This document shows, piece after piece, positions 48,421 to 64,000 of a stretch of DNA of 64,000 nt. The stretch's first letter is position 1. Each line of letters starts with the position of its first letter. Source of the stretch: Mobula hypostoma (Eukaryota); assembly GCF_963921235.1 (NCBI RefSeq), contig NC_086097.1:141360001-141424000 (forward strand), given 5' to 3'. The notes beneath the pieces are model-generated. The model was not told the DNA's origin. It saw nothing but the letters and a program-made list of their open reading frames with translations, and did not search any database. Made by a program: the position numbers and the translations under genes.

Positions 48421-48829
48421 ACAAGAAAACATCCTATGTTCTGTAAAATATACAGCAGCAGTGAGAAAAATCATTACAGTGAAGGTTATGAATTGGATGA
48501 CTGCTGACTAGAGTGACAGTGCAATTTCTGGAGAGAGTATCACTTTGGCATTGAAACAATGTGAGAAACATGTGAGAAGAATGCATGGGAAAAGGACATG
48601 ACTGCTTCTGCTGGAGGAACTGGCTCATGCCAGTAACATTAGTGAAGGTTGATTCATGTAGGTGTACACTTCAATTATCAATACATATTTGGGCAGAACT
48701 TAATCAAACCTTGATATTCTTAATGCAATTAATGAACAGTAAAACACAATTTGTGGGGTTTTGCCATAAACATACCATTATTAGCCTATAGAGCCAAACA
48801 CAATTAGACACGACCAACCTGCTCTGTGA

Positions 48830-49750
48830 TTTTTATAAATTGCTTGGATGAGGAAATGGAAGGATATGTAGTAAGCCAGTTGATGACAAAAAGGTTGGTG
48901 TTGTGGATAGTGTAGAATGTTGTAGGTTACAACACGACATTGATAGTGTGCAACGCTGGGAAGAAAAGTAGCAGATGGAGTTTAATCCAGAAAAGTGCAA
49001 AGTGATACTTTGGAAGGTTGAACTTGAAGGCAGAGTACGGGGTTAATAGCAGGGTTCTTTACAGTATGGAGGAACAGGGGAATCTTTAAGTTCCAATCCA
49101 CAGAATCTTCAAAGTTGCCACACAAGTTGACAGGATGGTTAAGAAAGCAAATGGTATGTTGGCTTTCATTATTCATGGGATTGAGCTCACGAGCCTCAAG
49201 GTAATGTTGCAGCTCTATAAAACTGGTTAGACTACACTTTGAGTATTATGTTCAGTTCTGGTTACCACACTATGGTAAGGTTGTGAAAGCTTTAGAGAGG
49301 GTGCAGAGGAGATACTGCTAAGATTAGAGAGCATATCTTATGAGGAAAGGTTGAGTGAGCTAGGGAGAGGTAACCTGATAGAGGTGTATAAGGCGATCAG
49401 AGGCATCGAATGAAGAGCCAGCGCTTTTACCCCCAGGGCTGAAATGGCTAATACAAGAGGGTATCATTTTAAGGTGAATGTTGGAATGTATAGGGGTTTG
49501 CCAAATATAGTGTTTTTTTAATCCCCACATACAAACAATCTTGGGTGTGTGGAACGTGCTGACAGGGGTGGTGGTAGATGCAGATATATGAGGAACATCT
49601 ATGAGACTCTTGGATAGGCGTATAGATGAAAGAAAAATGGAGGGCTATGGGGAGGGTAGTGTTAGTTTGACCTTGGAGTAGGTTAAAAGGGCAGCACAAT
49701 ATTGTGGGCTAAAGGACCTGTACTGCACTGTACTGTTCTATGTTCTATCC
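48830..49750 (+). mobile_element. CR1 LINE fossil
   Basis: Decayed RT C-terminal region and (TTCTATG)n tail. Confidence 0.8.
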
Positions 49751-49765
49751 TTCATCAATACTCAC

Positions 49766-49864
49766 CCACAATAGATTCAGGCGGAGAATAAAACTGGCCA
49801 TCTGAGAGAGGGCCAGGTAGGATGAGAGGTGCATGTTCTGATACATCAGATACAGTAAAGACTC
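49766..49864 (-). CDS. STARD3NL: STARD3NL coding exon 6 with FFAT-type motif
   Basis: (R)VFTVSDVSEHAPLILPGPLSDGQFYSPPESIV. 99 nt, flanked by TTCCAG| and |GTGAGT. Human has GLSDGQFYSPPESE. Confidence 0.95.
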
Positions 49865-50150
49865 CTGGAACAGAACGAACAGAATTGAGATAATGGACTG
49901 GCAGAATAACTACATTTATAATCACCACCTTGGAAGCTGTAACTTGGCTTACTAACCCAGGAGGTACAGTCCTGTCTAAATACATTGCCAATTCAAAAAT
50001 AACTCAGCAACAATAGAATTCATAAGAACAGGTAAAACAAATAGTCACATTGGTAATGTTGTAAAGGTAATGTAAAATTCAGTACTGGGGATCCTCAGTT
50101 ATCAGGACTTTCAGGAGTAGTTTAGAAGTAAATTGAGAAAATTTACTAAC

Positions 50151-50271
50151 TGTTTTCATCCTTTGCCTCTTGCGGCAAAACTTTAAAATCCAGGAACCAG
50201 GTCTCAATCCAGGCAAGTATGAAGGAGATTATTGGCAGCAAATAGGCAAAGGCTGTTCCTTCTACCAAAAG
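50151..50271 (-). CDS. STARD3NL: STARD3NL coding exon 5
   Basis: LLVEGTAFAYLLPIISFILAWIETWFLDFKVLPQEAKDEN. 121 nt, flanked by TTTTAG| and |GTTAGT. Confidence 0.95.
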
Positions 50272-50373
50272 CTAAAATGTAATGAGACATGTTCAAGTTA
50301 AAGAAACTAGCACCAAAAGGCAATTTCAGTACAGATCTCTTCTAAAGAGGCTTGTTGTATGGTTACTACATAC

Positions 50374-50427
50374 CTTGGAAATGATAACCTTTGCAATTAG
50401 AAAGGCACTGGTAACGGCTGTTGTAAT
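50374..50427 (-). CDS. STARD3NL: STARD3NL coding exon 4
   Basis: ITTAVTSAFLIAKVIISK. 54 nt, flanked by TTCTAG| and |GTATGT. Confidence 0.95.
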
Positions 50428-50713
50428 CTAGAACAGAAGAAGCATTCCCAGTCACAGTAGAGCACGAAGCTATGGGAGCTCAAACATTTCTGCACTTAAT
50501 CCAAATATTCTTTCAACCCAGCATGCTTACAGCAAAAGGTAATTACCAATGCCCAATTACCCTGACTGTTTCCAGCATGACCATGCTGTTCAATAGTCTA
50601 TGCAGCAGGGAAACAAAATTTCAAGAAATTACTCATTAGGAGTCTGGATGCAAAGTCTATAATTACCTAAGCAATGGATTTACGTTAAAGTAAATTTATT
50701 AACGAAGTACATA

Positions 50714-52796
50714 CCATATATTCTGGAGTATAAGCCGACCCCCCATTTTCAAGGTTAAAAAAGTGACTTTTTCATGTTACCTTTGTATAAGCCAACCCTT
50801 TTTGTAGAGGCAACACACATAAAAGTTGCTGGTGAACGCAGCAGGCCAGGCAGCATCTGTAGGAAGAGGTGCAGTCGACGTTTCAGGCCGAGACCCTTCG
50901 TCAGGACTAACTGAAGGTTTTTGATTTAACCAGAAAAGATCACAAGATCTCACATGCCGGTACTCAGCTTTGCCAGATCCGGAACCTGGAAATTTTGTGA
51001 ACCAATACTTGCTAAGAAAACAGGCCTACACATTATAGAGCGTTATAAGCAAATTCTTAATAAATGAATCAGGGAGGGAAGTTTTGAATTAGGTTCCCAA
51101 GGGTAAAGAACCCTCTGAAATGTAACCCCCGTGAAACCATTTAGCGCCCATTGTAATCTCGTTAAGACATAACCCGGGGTGGTGGGATCCGTACGTGTAC
51201 TCAGTATTGAGTTTGCGAACACCACGTACAAAAGATTAAAACGAACACGATAGGATGCTGGCTTCAAGCTGAAGGTTGTTGATTTTGCTAAAGGAACGAA
51301 TAATTCTGCAGCTGCTAAGAAGTTTAGTGTAAATGAGAAACAAGTGAGAAAGTAGAGAAAGGCAGAGGACACACTGAGGGAAATGCCAAAGATGAAATGT
51401 GCAAACTGCGGGAAAACATGCCAGTGGCCAGAACTGGAAGAAAAAGTTTTAGAGTGGATGAATCACCAGCGATCGTCTGGATACATTGTTACCAGAGAAA
51501 TGATTCGAGTTCAAACGTTGAAATGGGCCGAAAAACACCGTGAGGTCAGCGAAAATTTCAAAGCTACGCGAAGTTGGTGCACCAGATTTATAAATAGATG
51601 TGGTCTTGTGTTGAGACAAAAAACAGATTGCTCAGAAAGTTGCCTAGCGACCTTGAGAATAAGATTATGGCCTTCCAATCGTTTGTAATCAAGCATCGAA
51701 AGGCACATTCTTACCCGCTCTCACTGATTGGTAACATGGACGAGACGCCAATGTTCTTTGATTTTGCTGGCAACCGCACTGTCAATCAGAAGGGGGAGAA
51801 AACAGTCCTTGTCAAAACAACTGGACACGAGAAGCAACGTTTTACTGTCGTGTTAATGTGTATGACTGACGGAACCAAACTACCACTGACAGTGATTTTT
51901 AAGAGGAAAACATTCCCAAAGAAAGAAAAATTCCCACGGGGTGTTGTTGTTTACATTTAAGAACACGGCTAGATGGACGAAGCAGGTTGCTCGAAATGGG
52001 TTAAAGAAGTGTGGCATCGATATCCCAAAGGTTTCGGGAAGGAAAAGTTGCTACTTGTCTGGGACATGTTCAAAGCGAGACAAAAGCAGCATTGAAAGCT
52101 GAAAATACAGGCATTACAGTCATCCCCGGTGGTTTGACGTTCCTGCTCCTGCCATTAGATGTGAGTTTAAACAAACCATTCAAAGAATTCATGCGTCGAC
52201 AGTGGAACGAATGGATGATGTCTGGAAATCAGTCATTCACTCCAGCAGGAAATATGAGGGCCACATCTCTAGCTACAGTTTGCAAATGGGTAGTGCAATC
52301 GTGGGAGGAAATGGAGGCCAAGTGCATTGTGAAGGCCTTCAAGAAGTGCAGCATCAGCAATACTTTGGATGGCACTGAAGATCATTTGCTTTGGGAAGAA
52401 GATGATGGAGATTTGGCAGCCAGTAAAGCTGCAAATGACGATGTCAAAGCAGAAACTGACAATCCTTACGATGATATGGTGACTGCCGAAGAATGGGACG
52501 CGATTTTCGGAGAGTGAGATAATGGAGTGTAAGAGTTTCAAGCTCTGAACATTTGACGACAACAGTGTGTACAAGTAAAATGAGAAACAGAATGTGTTTT
52601 GTAGATCTTTTCTTTTGTGTAGATTTCATAAGCATTTGTATTTTCTTTTGTATTTGACTCAAAAACAGCCAATAAATACGACCTGTCTTCCGTGTATTCG
52701 TTCTTCCAAAGTTGGCACCCCCTGTACAAGCCAACCCACTAATTTTAGGACCAAATTTTAGGGCTAAATTCTCAGCTTATATACCTGAATTTATGG
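50714..52796 (+). mobile_element. pogo/Tc2-type (POGK-like) DNA transposon with decayed transposase
   Basis: TIR CCATATATTCTGGAGTATAAGC / GCTTATATACCTGAATTTATGG with TA on both sides. Transposase ~51240-52517 has a Brinker-like DBD (DAGFKLKVVDFA), a CENP-B HTH (WPELEEKVLEW, FKATRSWCTRF) and DDE_1 (GNMDETPMFFD, LDVSLNKPFK), with stops and frameshifts. Confidence 0.9.
50873..50908 (-). ncRNA. Minimal type I hammerhead ribozyme motif in a Penelope-tail fragment (~50809-50916) inside the pogo element
   Basis: Minus strand AGTC-CTGACGA-AGGGTCTCGGCCT-GAAAC-GTC-GACT, with all core nucleotides present. Confidence 0.7.
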
Positions 52797-53202
52797 TACA
52801 TGTCACCATATACAATTCTGGGATTCATTTCCTTGTGGGCACTCACAGTAAATACGAAGGATCACAATAGAATCAATGAAAGACTGCACACAAGACAGAC
52901 AAATAACCAATGTGCACAAGACAACAAACTGTGCAAAAACAAAAAGAATAATAAATAAACAAGAAATATTGAGAACATGAGATAGAAGGTTCTTGAGAGT
53001 GAGTCCATAGGTTGTGGAAACAGATCAGATGATAAAAAGCAAAGCATAAGAGAAATTCTCCCTGCAACAAAGGGCCAGAGACTCATATTCAGATTACACA
53101 TTTGTAAAAATATCTACTTTCCTGATTTGAAGAGTTGAGTTTCTGGTCCTCATTTAATAGATGTCCAGACACTTTCCTATCACAATATGCAAGAACACTC
53201 AC

Positions 53203-53280
53203 CGCAATTACCCACCAGTGTTGTAACCTGCAGAGGGCGTACGCAAAAACTAACATAAGGAATCGGAACACTGCCAGTAA
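53203..53280 (-). CDS. STARD3NL: STARD3NL coding exon 3
   Basis: LLAVFRFLMLVFAYALCRLQHWWVIA. 78 nt, flanked by TTTGCAG| and |GTGAGT. Confidence 0.96.
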
Positions 53281-53366
53281 CTGCAAAGATAAAGAGAAGT
53301 AGATAAAGATTGCTCCAGGTTTAAAATATATTAAAAGCTTTCAAGAGAATGAGAAAATCTACTCAC

Positions 53367-53444
53367 AAAAATATCAAAGTAAGAACTGTGGAAATCATAA
53401 CATATGACTTCAGTTTTTAACCTACGAATTATGCCACCATCTAC
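53367..53444 (-). CDS. STARD3NL: STARD3NL coding exon 2
   Basis: VDGGIIRRLKTEVICYDFHSSYFDIF. 78 nt, flanked by TTCTAG| and |GTGAGT. Confidence 0.95.
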
Positions 53445-54089
53445 CTAGAAAACAAAAAGATAGTTGAATCAGTCTGGCAGTAGTTGTCATTGAAACCAGG
53501 CTGGCAATTATTTTTAAACTTAGTAAGTTCAGATACACAGGAAAAAAAAACTCAAGGAAAGCCCAACTTATTAATAATTAGTGTAACAAAATGTATTCTG
53601 TTTGTGAATTCTGAAGTGTGCCACTATTAATCCCACACTGGCACAATGTTGCTGAAAGCTTGAACTAGAGCTTTGGATCTAATGCTGTTCACATTGCCAA
53701 CCTACTCTGATTGGAATACATGAAGAATTCTGGCACTACCTTCATAATTTAGGGTTACTATGCTCCAGACACACTTTCAGTGAACTAATATTTTAAACAT
53801 TTTTAAATTTAAAAGGATTTTGCAGTAAGTGTAGAAATGTGCCTAACTCTTTCAGAAGACTTGCATTGATGTGATGAGTTGAATGATCCCCTTGCCTATA
53901 ATTCAGGATTTTTCACAAACACGTTGTCCAATTTTTAAAAGAAACCTTCAGTAAGTTAAATACCTCAATAAAAAGAAAGGAAGAAATTATTAGGTTATAT
54001 GGCCCCAAGCTTACTCTACTATTCTATAAAATCATGGCTCAAAGTTCAAAGTAAATTTATTATCGAAGTACACACGTCACCACTTGCTT

Positions 54090-55030
54090 GCATCATAGAC
54101 AGCACTCTCTTCAGTTACCTGATGAGGTAACCGTGGCCTTTGGCCAGGAGCAGATGTCGACAGGTTGTGCCCAACCCTTAACCTCTACACTCTCCAGCTG
54201 GCAGTTCAGCAGTGGTGGCCAAGTCATTGCCCATCTGCTCCTGACTTCCAGCTCAACTCCTCTTGCCTGCTCCACATCCAGCAAGAGGCCCTTTCTGCTT
54301 CCTCCCCCATCCTGTTTGGTCTTTGCTCTTTTCATCAAGGTCCAGTACAGACAGCAACCTCCATACTGACCTTGCCGGGAACCCCCTACAGCTGATCTCC
54401 ATGGGTAATAGTTATGTCTATCATCCTTTGTCCCTGTATTTCTCTGGACTGAGGACTGGTACCTCTCGCGAGCTTTCTTGCATCCTTCCTCTCATGGTAC
54501 TGTGGGCTCCACCAGGATGATTTTCTTATCTTCAGTGGACCACAGTATGACGTCTGGTCGAAGTGTGGTTTCCACCACCTCAGGGAACTGCAGATTCCTC
54601 CTCACATCAAACCTCATCTCCCATGTTTTCAGCAGATTCGATTTAGGCCTCTTTGATATAACTGGCATGACCCTCTTTTTGATGAAGATGATTGCCCTGT
54701 TTGCCTCTTTGCTGATGGGTCTCTTTTTACACCTCTCCTGCTCCAGTGTGTCAGCAAGGGACAGCAGGATCTTGTTGTGGCACTACCTTTACTGTCCTGA
54801 TAGTGTGTTCCAGTGAACCCCACAGACCACAAAGCTTGCAGTTAGGCTCCTCTCTCAGCCTCCATATGTGCAACTGTGATGGTGTAGGGAGAGTGTCATA
54901 CACGGACCATAAGAGGACGGCAATGCAGAAGGGTTCCAGTCTCCAAAGCTCTGCCTAAGTGACCTTACACTTGGGAAGATCCCATTTTCTCCAGGTGCCC
55001 TGTGACTGCCAACACCACTGCCTTTCATCC
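54090..55030 (-). mobile_element. Hero-clade (REL-type) non-LTR retrotransposon 3' fragment, inserted in a Rex1/Babar tail fragment
   Basis: Minus strand: QGTW(R)KWDLPKCKVT.AELWRLEP, SVYDTLPTP, EEPNCKLCG...G.LEH, then EVVETTLRPDVILWSTEDKKIILVEPTVP*EEGC (zinc knuckle plus PD..E REL). Confidence 0.75.
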
Positions 55031-55249
55031 TCACAGTTCATACAACCCAGGATTCATTTTCTAGTGAGCATATTCAATAAGTCCATAATAGAATAGTAAC
55101 CATAACAGAATCAATGAAAGACTGGACTAACTGGGCAAAAGAGCCTGGTTGAGGGTAGTAACTGTTCCTGAACCACGTGGTGAGAGTCCCGAGGCTCCTG
55201 TACCACCTCCCTGATAGCAGCAGCAAGTGGTGGGGGTCCATATTTCCAA

Positions 55250-57200
55250 GCTGTATGACTCTGTGCCTATTTATCAGTCTTCTGGGGCCTTGCTGTAGCT
55301 AAGAGTTACAAAGACCTGTCAAGGCCCCAGCAAACTTCCATGGCCTCTCGGTATATTACGACAGATCCCTTATGCCCCAGGAGAATTATTCACCTTAATG
55401 CTGTTCAAAAGACCGAACACCACCACCTTCTTGAAACCAACATGCCCTACAATATCTGACCTCAATATCCTCCATGTCCTACACCTAGGCAAATATTGAT
55501 GTAAAATATTAATCTTGTACTTCTCCATTTCCTCTGGCTCCTAACACAAATTCCCTCTTTGCCTACGAGTGGCCCTACCCCGTCCCCAGCTACCCATGTT
55601 AATGTATGTATTAAACACCTTTGGATTCTCTTTAATACTTCTCACCAAGGACAATTCACGTCTTCTTTTAGCCCTTCTGATCCTGTCTCGAGTTCACATC
55701 TGCTTCCTTTACATTATTCAAAGGCCCTGTCCAATTTCAGTGAGCTGAACCTTAAACATGCTTTCTTCTACTTTTTGACAAAATTTCTCAAAGGTTCCAA
55801 ACCTTTTCATCCTTACTTTTCTCCCTTACAGGAAGATGCTCCACCTGCATTCTGACTAGCTGCCTTCAAACAGCTCCCATGTGGCCTTGTCCAATTACAG
55901 CTGCTCCCAAACTACTATCCCCAGCCCTTGCTTAATGCTGTTGTAATTACCCTTCCCCCAATTTAGCAAATTGCGTCAAGGTCTATTCTTAGCCTTAACT
56001 ATATGAAAACTGAAGGAGATATGATCGCTCTTTCCAAAATGCACTCCCACTAAAACTCCAATTTCACAATACTCTCTTGCCCACCTTACAAATGCCTGTC
56101 TTGTATATAGCCCATCCATACAAACGAGCATTTTGGAGACAAGCAGGAATGGATTGTCAGCTGCTGCAGGAATTTTCAGCCACCTGGGAATTTAGCTCAT
56201 GGTCACATCTCCACTCTGTGAACGGCTGGGTTATCTGCATACTGTCTCAAGAAGCCCTCCTGGATGCACCTAACAAATTTTGCCCCATCTCAGCCTCTGG
56301 TACTAAGGGATCCCAGTCAATATTGTGGAAATTAAAGTCACCCAATATATAACCCCTGTTGCTTTTACATTTTTCACAATCTGCCTATATGTCTGCTCCT
56401 TTATCTCCCACTGGCAATTGGAAAAATTATAATGTAACTCAAGAGTGATTGCACCTTTCTTATTCCTGAGGTCTCCACATATTGCCTCACTTAATGAATC
56501 CTCTCTAAGTGCAGCTGTAACATTCTCCCTGATCACTCATGCAATTTCTCCATCTCTTTGACATGCTTCGTTATCATGTCTAAAATCTCCGAATCATGGA
56601 ACACTGAATTGCTGGTCCTGCCCATCTCAGGTTACATCATAGTCCCATCACAAGGTTACAATGTTACAGTCAGATGTACTAATCCAAGTTCTAAACTCAT
56701 ATGCCTTACCCACGATACTGGTTGAATTGCAATAAATTCACTTCAGCCTATCAGTTCCATCATTAACCTGGCGCTGTCTGTCCTTCCCTTCAGCCTCACA
56801 TGACCTAACATCTACCTTCTCCTCAATCCTTCCACTCGCTGACGTACCGTTCTGGATCCCACCATGCCCCGTGTACTTGAAGCCTTCCCTCCTGCACCAG
56901 CTGCTTCAGCCACAAATGTAACTACCATATTCAAATCTCTTGTGGCATTTCCTAGCAAAACAAGGAGTAATCTTGGGATTACAACCTTAGAAGTCCTATT
57001 TTTAAACATTCTGCCTCACTTCCTTAAATCTCTTTGAACATAGTACCATTGGTACCAATACGGACTACAACCTTCGGCTGCCCTTTTAGATGTCCACTCA
57101 GACATCTTTGATCCTGGCACCAAGGAGTCACCATCGTAAAGTCCCACTGACTGCCACAGAAACAAATGACTGTGCCCCTGACTAACGAGTCCTGCATCAC
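55250..57200 (-). mobile_element. CR1 LINE fossil (endonuclease region)
   Basis: Minus strand IYWVTLIS / GDFNFHNIDW-like and EAICGDLRNKKGAIT sequence. Confidence 0.7.
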
Positions 57201-58336
57201 CAACAGTTTAATATGTTGATAACTATCCTCCGTAATCCCCTTTACCTTCCAAATTGGTTAAGGAACTTGTATGTTTACATTCTGCGGCACAGGATTAGAA
57301 CAAAGACTGCTCTGCACGCTAACTTTAGCTGGTTTGAAAGCTCTTTCTACAAGGTGTAAAGGGTCACATTTTGTACATTATACTTCATCTGTGATTATCT
57401 TAATCTGAGTAGAACTGAATGTGAGCAATTTGCACAGTTTCAGTTCATTTAAAGACAAATGAATCAGCGTTGATTTGATAAACAAATAAAACTAAAACTA
57501 GTGACGTTAGAACAAGTCCAGCTCTCTGGGACATCAACACAGAATCGCCACCATCGTGCTGTGCAGCAGAGGTAACGGCAGGAAGAATTTTTTTTTTCTG
57601 GAATTAAGATCAACAGAATAAGCAGATAAGTCTACTGACTGTATCAAATACAGAATGGCAATTGCTACAGAACTGAGAAAAAAACTGAATCACCCAATGC
57701 AAGATTTACTGTAAGGAGACTAGAGATATCTGTGCTCTTGCCAGCTTTTTGTAAAAGAAGTTGCTTTATGTTTAGATTCTGGAATTATTCAGTGATTTCC
57801 CATGAGGCTACTATTTTTAAGTGATGTGGAATGCAAGAATGATGGCTCCATCTGAGGCAGAACAAGGTAGCCAGATACTGATATAAAGATTTACCTGATA
57901 GTTTTATTGTATTTCAGGTTGGAGGTAGAAATGTAAAATTATGAAATGGAGCTTAAAAGTACGACACCAGCACAACTGCAAAATTCAAAACAAAGGCTTC
58001 TCTGACTACTGTAAAGGAAAATAGATACACTAAAAATACAATATGGAGCTCTGGCCAGGATAAACGGAATAAAGTTGCTCCCCAAGGATTACAGGAGGTA
58101 AAAGAAAGCATTACTGTCATTGGGAAAGTGAATAACAGAGTGAAAGTCTTCAAGCACATACCAGTAGAAGGAATGCACACAACAATTCTGTTTAACACTT
58201 TCTATGCAAACAGAGTTGCTGATGGTATAGAACTAGGGTTGGAAAGGGAGGCAGCGCAAAATCTCAATGAAAAGTCTTATATAGAAATTAAGAATCATTT
58301 CCTGTTCTTTAACTTATCTAGATAAATATTCTACAC

Positions 58337-61615
<3,279 letters not shown>

Positions 61616-61983
61616 CTCTAGACCAATGATGCAAACTCAGTTGGCTAAATTTTCACATCATGCAATTCTTATGTACGATTTTGCAATAAACAACTTTCTG
61701 ACCAAATCACGGCAGACGTTTAAAATGCAGAACGTGTAGAAACCATGAAGGAAACAGTTGGCCTTAAATCCACCCACAACTGTCCAAAGCCCGTCTACAA
61801 CTACATCCATGTTGCTGAGGTCCTGCCCTCAGTGTTTACAACCACAAGCCTGGCTTCCAATCAGCTGCTATGTAACCCAACAATAAAATCTTGTCCTTTG
61901 AACAATCTGTTTATTATTATATTAAAATATATTAAAATCTGTTTATTGACACACAAATCAACAAGAAAGAGTTTAATACTTAC

Positions 61984-62208
61984 ATTCAATTCGATTATCC
62001 ACAGTAAACCAACAAATAAAAGGTCAAATGTAACAAATAAACAGAAAGTCCTCCTGACATCAGAAATGACCCGTTTACCACTAGATGTGTATGGGTCTAA
62101 CCTAGCTGTCACTTGGGATGCAGTGATGGATTGTACAGTACTGAGGGAGGCATTGGGACCAAAACAATTGACTCCAGCATTTTCCTGGCCAGTGGGCAAT
62201 CTGCTCAT
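61984..62208 (-). CDS. STARD3NL: STARD3NL first coding exon (MENTAL domain start); 49 nt of 5' UTR extends to an acceptor at 62258
   Basis: MSRLPTGQENAG...SGKRVISDVRRTFCLFVTFDLLFVGLLWIIELN, 225 nt, donor |GTAAGT. Matches human ISDVRRTFCLFVTFDLLFVTLLWIIELN. Joined CDS is 696 nt = 231 aa plus stop. Promoter and first exon lie outside the window. Confidence 0.97.
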
Positions 62209-64000
62209 ATTGCAAAGGCCTGCCACCGATCATTCACCCATTCACCATCACCACAAGCTGCAAAAGAACAGAAAGACAAGAACTCAGGATTGCAGAGCTA
62301 AAGTAATTTCGTAAAGACTGTCAGCCCTGAATGAAGCCAAACGTGAGAAGCCCATTGGTAGTGAACAGTAAATATGGGGTATCACATAGCACAGCGGAAT
62401 CACCCTGTTTTCCCACTCCCCCCATATTTACCCTTGTAAATAATCTGTCCCCTGATCTCTGTCAGGTTTAAGATCGAACAAAGTTCTACTATCATTTTTA
62501 ATGCAGAATAACACCACAGGCACTTCCCAGTAATATTAACAAAAATTAATATCCTCACATAAGATAGTGATAGACAGCCAAAAATATGACACACTAGGTC
62601 AGTCTTGAAGATGAAAAGGAAGAAAGGAAAGAAGAATAAGGACCTTGGTAGCTGATGACTGAAGTATGCCAGAGATGTGGATCGAAATTTCTCTCCTTGC
62701 TCTGTAACAAAATTCCTTGTGTTTTTCAGCTTTGGGGAACAGTGCTTCCCATGAAAATAATTAATTTCACTAAAGGGTACAAAAATATTATTTTACTTTC
62801 ATCCCACAAATAGAGAAATGTACTCACTTTAATGAAATACTGCTTCTGACCTTAAAATAGCATAGGTGTCAATTTTGCTATCCAGCTTTCTCTTTGTTAA
62901 TATATCATACGACTTATACTAATAACACCTGTTACATGCCCTTTAACAGAAAGATTCTAAAGGGACAGAGCAATCTGGGAGCATATGCACAGAAATCCTT
63001 AAAAGTGATGGGCACGTGGTTAATAAAGCACTTGAAGCCACGGATAATTACAAGCACAGAGTATAAACATATGGAATTAATGCTGAACCTGAATTAAAAC
63101 ATTAACAAAGTTTTGCATCCAATTATTTTCACAAAGGGGGAACAGAATAGACTTACTGGAAAAGTTTCAGAGATGATGGACTTCAGGTATAAGGTTTCTT
63201 TATAACTTACTAATAATGGACTCAGCAAAAATCTACAGAGTAAGTAGAGATGCAGTAACAAGGATAGATTTGATTGTAACAAGAGGTGTTGTTTTTAAAC
63301 TAAAAAATAGTTTAACTGTAGAAAAATGAATAGAGGTGTTCTCCAAGGGTGTAACATTTTTTTGATGTATATTACTGACCTTTATTTGAGTGAACTGGGA
63401 ATACTGGGAGCAGGAGAAATGAGTAGAGTAAGTACACATGTCAAAATCCAAGAAGATTATGCGAAAGGACCACACCAAGAGTAGACAAGGGAAAATGCAG
63501 GGCTGATAATCATCAAAATAATGATGTACTATTGCACCAAGGGATAGTTCAGCAGACTTATTTTCGATCAAAGCAAATAGAAAACAATACAGCAGGCCTT
63601 AAAGACAGAGCCTATATTTAATCTAGAGGAAGTGAATCTACAGTCAACCAAACACAAAAGTGACCTTGCTGCAGTCGCTCCAAGGGTTAGTCTCTGAGAT
63701 TCCAAGAAACAGACTGTATCCATTGCCTCAGTTATTTATTGCTTCTTTTTATGACATGAAATTTACTCATCTAATCTGTTGTGATTGTAACTACTGTACC
63801 TGTGCCTATAGTGGTTTTCAGTACCATCCATGAATGCATCACAGTCATCTACCCAGTCTACTCCAACACCCATTTCTGAGCAGGAACAAAGCAGCAGGCT
63901 CACAGTTCCTCATGTAGAGTTTCCTCTAATTCACACAATATCCTGATCTGCAAGCATAATGCCATTCTTTCATTGTTATGCAGACATCCCACCTCTCCCG

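Overview
Cartilaginous-fish genomic DNA, probably a ray (judged from the repeat content and TCR sequence; not verifiable here). Two host loci lie tail-to-tail. (1) The 3' part of the T-cell receptor gamma locus on +: two J segments with 12-bp-spacer RSSs (6608-6658, 6814-6870) and a three-exon C-gamma gene (13249-13566, 15149-15226, 18029-18162) whose splice phases join in frame. (2) STARD3NL (MENTHO) on -: seven coding exons from 62208 to 40536, giving 231 aa with the MENTAL domain and the QFYSPPE FFAT-type motif. This matches the TRG-STARD3NL arrangement known from human. Much of the rest is transposon-derived: CR1, Rex1/Babar, R4-like, Hero and Tx1 LINEs, Penelope-like elements, SINEs, and Tc1, pogo/Tc2 and hAT-Buster DNA transposons. 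The most notable observations are: a 3.6-kb non-coding tandem LTR element (3 LTRs, two ~165-bp internal regions, one 5-bp TSD) with a Tf1/sushi-type self-priming signature; minimal hammerhead ribozyme motifs in Penelope tails, some as fold-back insertions and some sense within STARD3NL introns; a Tc1 derivative that is a 1.55-kb palindrome in the J-C intron; a 64-bp copy of the J1 RSS flank at a LINE deletion junction; a CpG-retaining domain over the TRG region; and a dense lymphoid TF motif cluster at 39.7-39.9 kb that is a candidate TCR-gamma enhancer. Repeat families were assigned by motif recognition, not database search, and most repeat boundaries are approximate.
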